64,000 bases of DNA, taken from an uncultured Christensenella sp. (GTDB taxonomy: Bacteria > Bacillota > Clostridia > Christensenellales > CAG-917). The DNA is taken from contig CAJTYG010000001.1 of assembly GCA_910584155.1 (NCBI GenBank), positions 29,663 through 93,662 of the forward strand, read 5' to 3'. Below, piece by piece: positions 22,168-29,304 of the stretch; positions within the stretch are counted from its first letter, which is position 1, and each line of letters begins with the position of its first letter. The notes beneath the pieces were generated by a model. The model saw nothing but the letters and a program-made list of their open reading frames with translations. It did not search any database and was not told the DNA's origin. A program made the translations under genes and the position numbers.

Positions 22168-22380
22168 ATGATAAACATAGGCGAAACAATAAAAACACTT
22201 AGAGAAGAAGCACAGTTAAGTCAAGATGATTTAGCAAAGTTGATAGATACCTCTCAACAAAGTATAAGTAGATGGGAAAATAATGTTGCAGAACCAAGCA
22301 TTTCTTTTTGCGTTGCTTTGGCTGATTATTTTCAAATTTCTCTTGATACGTTAGTTGGAAGAAATAATAATAAATTCTAA
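22168..22380 (+). CDS. XRE-family helix-turn-helix regulator
   Basis: IGETIKTLREEAQLSQDDLAKLIDTSQQSISRWENNVAEPSISFCVALADYFQISLDTLVGR. Confidence 0.85.
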   Translation: MINIGETIKTLREEAQLSQDDLAKLIDTSQQSISRWENNVAEPSISFCVALADYFQISLDTLVGRNNNKF

Positions 22381-22400
22381 TTTATATTTAGTATTATAGT

Positions 22401-22465
22401 GTACACTCATTGCGAAGCTCACTCTATACATTTTGCAAAAGTGGGAATTGACTTCCCGCTTTTGC
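22401..22465. repeat. Fragment of a dispersed repeat family (19-mer core plus hairpin)
   Basis: gtacactcattgcgaagct (22401-22419) is the exact reverse complement of 44013-44031. It is followed by the hairpin gcaaaagtggga...tcccgcttttgc (22435-22465), which could also act as a terminator between convergent XRE and recF. Confidence 0.6.
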
Positions 22466-22566
22466 ACCTTATGTCGCATACAGCGACAGGCGTTTGCGCT
22501 TACAGTAAAACTCGCATTTATGCGATTTTGCGTACCGAACAAAGTGAGGTGTAACATTCGGCGCAA

Positions 22567-23664
22567 TCAAAATTTTATTATCTGTCCTTCATTTATTGTT
22601 ATTTTGTTTTTTGCACCGTCCAATAAAAATTCGGTGCAGGTGAGTATAGTTTGAAAACCGTCCGTCATTTTTAACAACAGATTTTGTCTTGTGATGTCAA
22701 GCTCGCTCAGTACGTCGTCAAGCAAAAGCACGGGCGGCTCGCCTATTTCGTTTTTGTATATCAAAACCTCGCCGAGCTTAAGCGCAAGCGCAACTGTGCG
22801 TTGCTGTCCTTGCGAGGCAAATTTTCGGCTGTCCTTTCCGTTTATCTCAATCTTTAAATCGTCTCTGTGCGGACCTACAGTGCTATATCCAAGCTCTTTG
22901 TCCTTTTCTCTTGATTTTGTAATTTTTTCAAAAAGTCGGGCTTCTATATCCTCTAAATTCATATCCGCAGAAAAATCAAATGCGCTTTCGTATGAAAGAC
23001 ACAAATCTTCCTTTTCACTGCTTATTGCAGTATGAAATTTTTTTGCGCTGTCGTTGAGGGTGACAACGTACTCAAGCCTTTTTTTTATTATAACAGCACC
23101 TTCCTTTGCAAGTCCTGCGTCCCAAACGTCAAGCATATCGTCTATATTCTTATTGCCTCGCCACTCTTTAAGCAGATTGTTTTTTTGCTTTAGTGTTTTA
23201 TTGTATCTTTGCAGCGAGTAAAAATATCCTCTTTGCTGCTGACTTAAACCTACGTCCATAAATCTGCGCCTTTCCTGAGGCGCTTCTTTTACAAGCTTCA
23301 TTTCGTCGGGTGAAAAGAACACTACGCCCAAAACTCCGAAAAGCTCGCCCGCTCTGTTAAGGGGGATATTGTCAACAAAAACCTTTTTCTTGCCTTTTTC
23401 GTCTATCTGCAAATTTATGATGTGCTTTCTGAATTGCTTTTGTAAAACAAGCCTTATGTTTGCACACTTTTCGCCGAGCAGCACCATTTCCTTATCGGCT
23501 GCCGTGCGTGGGCTTTTAAATATCGAGCAAAGATATATGCTTTCAAGCATATTTGTCTTTCCGCTTGCGTTTTTTCCGCATAAAACATTCAGCCCGTCCG
23601 CAAAATCTACGGCGGCGTGCTTGTAGTTTCTGAAATTTGAAAGCTCAAGAGAAAGGATTTTCAT
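22567..23664 (-). CDS. recF: DNA replication and repair protein RecF
   Basis: MKILSLELSNFRNYKH...LCGKNASGKTNMLESIY (Walker A), SQGQQRTVALALKL (signature) and LLLDDVLSELD (Walker B). Confidence 0.95.
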   Translation of the reverse strand: MKILSLELSNFRNYKHAAVDFADGLNVLCGKNASGKTNMLESIYLCSIFKSPRTAADKEMVLLGEKCANIRLVLQKQFRKHIINLQIDEKGKKKVFVDNIPLNRAGELFGVLGVVFFSPDEMKLVKEAPQERRRFMDVGLSQQQRGYFYSLQRYNKTLKQKNNLLKEWRGNKNIDDMLDVWDAGLAKEGAVIIKKRLEYVVTLNDSAKKFHTAISSEKEDLCLSYESAFDFSADMNLEDIEARLFEKITKSREKDKELGYSTVGPHRDDLKIEINGKDSRKFASQGQQRTVALALKLGEVLIYKNEIGEPPVLLLDDVLSELDITRQNLLLKMTDGFQTILTCTEFLLDGAKNKITINEGQIIKF

Positions 23665-23735
23665 TGTGTCAATTATACATTACGGCTTATTTTTTTTCAA
23701 CATCTTGTGTTTCTTTTTTATTTTTTGTTTTTTGC

Positions 23736-23763
23736 TTGAAATATTCGCTCTATTTGTTATAAT
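23736..23763 (+). promoter_or_regulatory. Putative sigma-A promoter of dnaA
   Basis: TTGAAA (23736-23741), 16 nt, TATAAT (23758-23763). The -10 element ends only 9 nt before the dnaA ATG, and no Shine-Dalgarno is visible. Confidence 0.4.
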
Positions 23764-23772
23764 TCAATTATT

Positions 23773-25143
23773 ATGATAAATATAGAAGAATTTTGGGAAG
23801 ACGCCAAAGACGGTTTATCAATATCAATTCAGGCAATAAGCTTTGAGGTGTGGATCGACACCTTAAAGCCCGTTTGTTTTACGGAAAATTCCATTGTTTT
23901 GGAAACTATTTCCGCAAACGCAAAGCGCACCATAGACAACAAATACCGTGATACGATAAAAGAAGTCGTAAACAGTCTCAATCCGTCCATCACAAATGTA
24001 ATTATCATTTTGCCGTCTCAGCGTGAGGAATATTTAAACCGTCAGTCTGTATTTATCGACAATGAGGGCTTTGTCACGTCCGAGCCGCCTGCGCAAAAAA
24101 ACAAAAAGAAGTGTCCTTTCCTTGAAAAATACACCTTTGAGACATTTGTAGAGGGAAAATCCAACTCGTTTGCGCTTGCCGCCTGCAAGACTGTTGCGGA
24201 GGATCCCGGTCACAAATTCAATCCGTTGTTTATCTACTCGGGCGTAGGCTTGGGCAAAACCCACCTTTTGCACGCAATAGGCAATTATATCTGCAAAAAA
24301 TCACCGCAAAGCAACGTGCTTTACGTCAGCGCTGAAACGCTTGTGAACGAGCTTATTTCCGTCATTCGCAACAAGTCTAATGAGGAAAACAACAAGTTTA
24401 GAGAAAAATACCGCTCCTGCGACATACTGATGATAGACGACATTCAGTTTTTGATAGGCAAGGACGCTACGCAGGAAGCATTTTTCCACATTTTCAACGA
24501 CCTTTACAACGCAAGCAAACAAATTATCATCACGTCCGACCGTGCTCCGAGCGACCTCACAATGCTCACAGACAGGATAAGCTCACGCTTCAGTTGGGGG
24601 CTTACCGTAGACATTCAGGTGCCCGATATGGAAACAAGAGTGGCTATCCTCAAAAACAAATCTGCGCAGATGAAGTTTGACCTATCCGACGACGTTGCCG
24701 AGTTTATTGCTGAAAACGCCACCACAAACATTCGTGAAATGGAAGGGCTTTTAAACAAGATTGTATTTTTCAGCTCGCTTACAAACAACGTCATCAACAC
24801 AAGAGAGCTTGCAGCCGAAGCGCTTAGCGATTTTATAGAGGAAAAAAAGGATACGGTGGACGCAAGCGATATCGTCGGGGCAGTGTGCAAATACTATAAA
24901 ATAACCACCGACGAGATTTTTTCCAAAAAGAAAACCAAAAACCTTGTTGAGCCACGCATGATTGCAATATATCTCATAACCGACCTTCTTCCTATGCCGC
25001 TTGTGCAGATAGGTGAAATTTTCGGCGGAAGAGATCACACGACCGTCATACACGCAAGGGATAAGATAACCGACGAAATAAAGACAAATCCCCGAGTGCG
25101 AATCACAGTTGCGGATATAAAAAATATGCTGTTAAACAGATAA
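23773..25143 (+). CDS. dnaA: Chromosomal replication initiator DnaA
   Basis: NPLFIYSGVGLGKTHLLHAIGN (Walker A), ILMIDDIQFL (Walker B), NIREMEGLL (sensor) and GGRDHTTVIHARDKI (domain IV DNA-binding signature). Confidence 0.97.
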   Translation: MINIEEFWEDAKDGLSISIQAISFEVWIDTLKPVCFTENSIVLETISANAKRTIDNKYRDTIKEVVNSLNPSITNVIIILPSQREEYLNRQSVFIDNEGFVTSEPPAQKNKKKCPFLEKYTFETFVEGKSNSFALAACKTVAEDPGHKFNPLFIYSGVGLGKTHLLHAIGNYICKKSPQSNVLYVSAETLVNELISVIRNKSNEENNKFREKYRSCDILMIDDIQFLIGKDATQEAFFHIFNDLYNASKQIIITSDRAPSDLTMLTDRISSRFSWGLTVDIQVPDMETRVAILKNKSAQMKFDLSDDVAEFIAENATTNIREMEGLLNKIVFFSSLTNNVINTRELAAEALSDFIEEKKDTVDASDIVGAVCKYYKITTDEIFSKKKTKNLVEPRMIAIYLITDLLPMPLVQIGEIFGGRDHTTVIHARDKITDEIKTNPRVRITVADIKNMLLNR

Positions 25144-25163
25144 ACTCGTTTTATAACAATAAT

Positions 25164-25194
25164 AAAAAAGCAAAGCGCAAAGCTTTGCTTTTTT
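25164..25194. terminator. Bidirectional terminator between convergent dnaA and dnaN
   Basis: aaaaaagcaaagc-gcaaa-gctttgctttttt. Confidence 0.8.
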
Positions 25195-25215
25195 ATGTAT
25201 TTCTCTTTTGTAAAT

Positions 25216-26316
25216 TTATCCTACTACTCTGAGAGGCAGGATGAAGTAAAGCCACTTTTCGCTATCGCTCTTTATTACACCGGGCGAGCCCGAAGCATTG
25301 AAGTTGAGTGTGATAACGGGCTCGTCTATGACGTGCAGACAGTCTATGAGATATTTTGCATTGAAGCCTATCGTAAGATCTTTGCCGTGAAGCTTTGTCG
25401 TTATCTTTTCGTTTATCTCGCCGTCGTCGCTGTGAGCGTTGAGCAAAATTACATCCTCTTTTATCTCTATCTTTACAAACGCCTTTTTGTCAAGACGGTT
25501 GATGAGAGACACTCTGTCAACGGCGGTTTCAAACAGCTTTTTATCGACTGTCGTCACTGTGCTGAAGGTGACGGGAATTATCTTTTCGTAGTTGATAAAT
25601 TCCTCGCTAATAAGGCGTGTAACTATCTTTGTGTGGAACAGATCCACCATCATATAATTGTTTTCAACATAAACCGTCACGGTGTCGTCGCCGTCGTCTA
25701 TAAGCTTGCTAAGCTCGGATATGCTCTTTGTCGGCACTACGAGCTTGTCTATTATGCCGTTGTTTTTGATGATAGCCTTTGCCATTGCAAGGCGGAAGCC
25801 GTCTGTCGCAACTGCGTCTATCTCGTCCTCTTTTACGTTTAAGCAAACGCCTCTGAGCGACGGACGCCCGTCGTCGGAAGCAACCGAAAACAGAACTCTG
25901 CCGATGATATCCTTAAATTCACGCTTGAGTATAACAAACGAGTTTTGTGTGTCCACGCTTCTGAACATAGGATACTCTTCTGCGCTTAGGCACTTTATTT
26001 GCAGCTCGCTGTCAAGATATCTCAGCACAAGCTTAGTCGTTGTCGTGCCGTCAAGCTCGACCTGTTCTTCCTCTATCTTTTTTGCATAGTCCGCAAACAG
26101 TCTGCCGGGGACAACGATTTCGCCTTCGATGAGCACCTGTGCGTTTATCTTTTTTTCAATAGCAAGCTCCAGATCTGTCGCAAACATAGTGAGCGTGTCG
26201 CCCATAGCGGTGAGTTTAATGCCTTCGAGTATAAGATTGTTTCTCTTTACAGGCAATGCCTTTACAACTTTTGCAAGAGCGTCGCTAAGCTCCTTTCCTT
26301 GACATAAAACTTTCAT
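25216..26316 (-). CDS. dnaN: DNA polymerase III beta sliding clamp DnaN
   Basis: About 366 aa, three-domain clamp pattern: MKVLCQGKELSDALAKVVKALP..., ...DGRPSLRGVCLNV..., ATDGFRLA, ...ILPLRV C-terminus. Confidence 0.92.
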   Translation of the reverse strand: MKVLCQGKELSDALAKVVKALPVKRNNLILEGIKLTAMGDTLTMFATDLELAIEKKINAQVLIEGEIVVPGRLFADYAKKIEEEQVELDGTTTTKLVLRYLDSELQIKCLSAEEYPMFRSVDTQNSFVILKREFKDIIGRVLFSVASDDGRPSLRGVCLNVKEDEIDAVATDGFRLAMAKAIIKNNGIIDKLVVPTKSISELSKLIDDGDDTVTVYVENNYMMVDLFHTKIVTRLISEEFINYEKIIPVTFSTVTTVDKKLFETAVDRVSLINRLDKKAFVKIEIKEDVILLNAHSDDGEINEKITTKLHGKDLTIGFNAKYLIDCLHVIDEPVITLNFNASGSPGVIKSDSEKWLYFILPLRVVG

Positions 26317-26572
26317 ACATCTACCCAAAACTATCCGCCTTTGCGCATAGTTATTTATTATCTTTTATTTTTAATAATGATAACATAAATAAGCGCTGTT
26401 GACAAGTGGAAAACTTAAATCGTCAACTACAACTTGTATAAGGTTTTTTTTAGAAACAACTATATATCGGATTTTAGCATTTTTTTGTTGTAGACAACTC
26501 TGTCCTGTTTGTCAACATTTGTTAAACACAAAACGTGAGTTATAAACACACCTCATAAAAAGCCTTGCTTTT

Positions 26573-27616
26573 TCAGAAGGAAAGCGTGTCAAAAGAGAAC
26601 GCAAGCGAAAAAATATAACCTATAAACAGGCTTATCGCAAGCATAGACAAAAACACGAGTATATTGCGTTTTATATGCTTTATATCCTTAAACAAAACCA
26701 TAAAAGCAATGCCTGCATTCATACAAAGTCCGCCGAGTGCGGCACCGAAGCCGAGACCGCCCATGATATATAGCTCGCTCAAAATAATAGAGGAAGCGCA
26801 GTTTGGGATAGCCCCGATAACAACGGATACGAGAGGCGCAATGTATTTGTTTTGCAAAAGAAAGTCGATTATCTTATCCTGTCCTACATAATAAATGATA
26901 GTGCCGAAGATTATGTTTATAACAAACACGTAAATAAATATTTCAAGCGAGTGTGAAAGCGGCGCCCAAAGATAGCGTTTTATTTTTTCAGCTTTCTTTT
27001 TTGAAGAGTCAAAACGAGATTTATATTCGTTTAGAATGCCTGTTTTTTGATTATTACCGTTTATTTCGCTGTGGTGTATATGATGAAGATGAGCACACTC
27101 GGATTGCGCACATTCCTCACAACTGCAGTCGCATTTTTCAGACGTACTTTCTATACGCTCGGCGCCCTCGCAGTGCATAAGCTTTATCTGATACTGCTCG
27201 TTGCAGTGCTCGACGTGGTGCGACACCGCCTTGCGGCTTTTTACAAAGATAAAATCTATAAGATATCCGAAAAACAGACCTAATACAAACTTAAACCCAA
27301 GCAAAGGAAGCACGTGCAGGGCTTTGTCGGGATAGCTTAAAAATACGGGCAAAGCTTCATCAGACGTGGCAATAAAAACACCTATCAACGTGCCAACAGT
27401 AATATGCCTTTTTTGATAAAGATCCGCCGCTACGACGGAAAAACCGCACTGCGGCAAAAGCGAAACGCTTACGCCAATAAGCGGCGCAAGCTTGCCCTTC
27501 AGCTTCACTTTATTTTCAAAAAACGGCTCCAAAAAGGCAATAATAAAAGTAAATGCAGCCACAACTGCAAGTATTTTAAGACTGTCTATAAATGAATCCA
27601 GTAAAACTTCCGCCAT
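26573..27616 (-). CDS. Polytopic membrane protein with His/Cys-rich central loop; putative heavy-metal exporter (ArsP_2-like)
   Basis: About 10 TM helices split by the loop HHVEHCNEQYQIKLMHCEGAERIESTSEKCDCSCEECAQSECAHLHHIHH. The family assignment is from memory of the 10-TM putative metal exporter architecture. Confidence 0.5.
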   Translation of the reverse strand: MAEVLLDSFIDSLKILAVVAAFTFIIAFLEPFFENKVKLKGKLAPLIGVSVSLLPQCGFSVVAADLYQKRHITVGTLIGVFIATSDEALPVFLSYPDKALHVLPLLGFKFVLGLFFGYLIDFIFVKSRKAVSHHVEHCNEQYQIKLMHCEGAERIESTSEKCDCSCEECAQSECAHLHHIHHSEINGNNQKTGILNEYKSRFDSSKKKAEKIKRYLWAPLSHSLEIFIYVFVINIIFGTIIYYVGQDKIIDFLLQNKYIAPLVSVVIGAIPNCASSIILSELYIMGGLGFGAALGGLCMNAGIAFMVLFKDIKHIKRNILVFLSMLAISLFIGYIFSLAFSFDTLSF

Positions 27617-27786
27617 AAATTATCCTAAATTATTTTATATACTTTATCTTTCAAAAGCAAGCGTTATAAAAAAATTATGTATGCGATTATTGATTATATA
27701 ATAAGACTGTTATATAATTTGTTTATATTTTAGAGATGGTATTTAAAATATATCCGTTATAGTATAAGCAAAAAAAGGAAACACAT

Positions 27787-29037
27787 ATGCAAAAATACAT
27801 TTTTATAAGCTACAGTACAAAAAATACGGAAACAGCATTTAAAATAAAGAACATTCTGGAAAAGAGAGGTTTTGATATCTGGCTGGCACCAAACGATATT
27901 CCGATAGGACAGCGTTATGCAAACGTAATAGAAAAGGCTATTCAAAATTGCACAGTTTTATTGCTTATAATGAGCAGATATATCTGCACTTCTATGTGGA
28001 TAAATAAAGAAATAGAAAGAGCAATAAATTATGGAAAGAACGTTTTTGGCATAAAAATAGAGGAGTTTGAACTGAATGATGAATTTAAGTTTTTACTTTC
28101 TACAACACAGCTTTCTCCGCTATTAAAGGAAACCGATATTTACAGTGAAAAATTTGAACGTATAGTTTGTGATATACAACGAGTTTATAATGGGGAAATA
28201 CCCAGCGGATTACCGCTTAAATATCCTGTTTTTTCAAAAATAGAAGAAGAAAAAACTTATAATAAATCAAATCTTGTAAAATCTGCAAAAGATATGATAT
28301 CTGCATTTTTGTGCAGTAAAGAGGATTGTATAAATATACTTACACAACTGCATTATTCCGAAATAAATAAATATGTAAAGATTTTGTTTAATCAACTTAC
28401 AGATGAACAAAAGAAGACAGTGATGAAAAACCTAAATGAGGCATATAATTTAGCTTTGCTTGATCCGAATTTAAGCGGACGTAAAGAATATGCGGTAAAA
28501 GGGCAGATAATTTATTATATTACACGCTTGTGTGAACACGATGAAAACAGTATAAGTAAATTAAAAAGTTATTATTACAGCGAATCTAATATTTGGCAAA
28601 GACAGTCCATTGCATATGGGCTTGCGGCTCTATCGGAAATTCAGGTTCCTTTTGATTTTGCTCAAAAAATTTATTATGATTGCGATGAAGCAGTAATCAA
28701 CCGTTCTTGGACGCTTGTTTTCTTTGGTGATATACAGGAAAAAGATGCTTATTTATATCTTGACGACGGAAAATGTGATTGGACAAAATGCCGCACAGTA
28801 AGAATCAATAGATTAAAAAAGAATGAATTACAGGCACAAGCATTCCGCTCTTTAGACCTTTGTTTATTGCATTCGTTTTTATCTACACGTGGCTGGGAAC
28901 TTTCTCAGTTTGAAATCGAAGTTGTGAAAAATACAGTTTTTGACAAAAAACTTTTCACAAAACAACAGCTTAGATTTCTAAAAACAGTACAAAAAGAAAT
29001 CGTTAAAAACTGTAAAAAACAAATACGAAAAAAATAA
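27787..29037 (+). CDS. TIR-domain protein with about 280-aa helical C-terminal domain
   Basis: The N-terminus KYIFISYSTKNTETAFKIKNILEKRGFDIWLAPNDIPIGQRYANVIEKAIQNCTVLLLIMSRYICTSMWINKEIERAI is a canonical bacterial TIR. The C-terminal part looks like alpha-helical repeats (HEAT-like?). Lies in an AT-rich island. Confidence 0.7.
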   Translation: MQKYIFISYSTKNTETAFKIKNILEKRGFDIWLAPNDIPIGQRYANVIEKAIQNCTVLLLIMSRYICTSMWINKEIERAINYGKNVFGIKIEEFELNDEFKFLLSTTQLSPLLKETDIYSEKFERIVCDIQRVYNGEIPSGLPLKYPVFSKIEEEKTYNKSNLVKSAKDMISAFLCSKEDCINILTQLHYSEINKYVKILFNQLTDEQKKTVMKNLNEAYNLALLDPNLSGRKEYAVKGQIIYYITRLCEHDENSISKLKSYYYSESNIWQRQSIAYGLAALSEIQVPFDFAQKIYYDCDEAVINRSWTLVFFGDIQEKDAYLYLDDGKCDWTKCRTVRINRLKKNELQAQAFRSLDLCLLHSFLSTRGWELSQFEIEVVKNTVFDKKLFTKQQLRFLKTVQKEIVKNCKKQIRKK

Positions 29038-29304
29038 AGACTTATAAAGTAAGATAAATATTGCCATTTGGTGTGCAAGTCAAATGAAAAACATAAAGTT
29101 ATTGAAAAATGCTTTGTAAATGTTTATAAAATATCTTACATTTTGTATTATTACTTACGATAATATTGACGTTTTACTTGATAAGCCGTATAGCGTGTGA
29201 TATATTTATAATATAGTTTTTTATCATTTGCGGGTTGAGGACATTGTGCGATTTAAAACTTTTGATTGCGATGTTGGAGTTCAATGCCGTTTGTGGGAGG
29301 AAAA

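Noticed and set aside
25195-25842. 215-aa plus-strand ORF opposite dnaN
   Set aside because: Antisense to the sliding-clamp gene. It begins inside the dnaA/dnaN terminator.
26329-26572. dnaN upstream region as oriC (boxes such as TTGTCAACA, TTATAAACA, TTTTCCACT)
   Set aside because: All candidate boxes carry at least 2 mismatches to TTATCCACA. This is not distinguishable from background by eye, so it is kept only as a place to scan computationally.
27995-28003. Perfect DnaA box TGTGGATAA
   Set aside because: It is a single isolated copy inside the TIR coding sequence with no neighbouring boxes or AT-rich unwinding element, so it is probably a chance occurrence.
20674-29037. Thoeris system (ThsB-like TIR proteins)
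   Set aside because: No ThsA-type SIR2/SLOG or Macro-domain partner is adjacent to either TIR gene.
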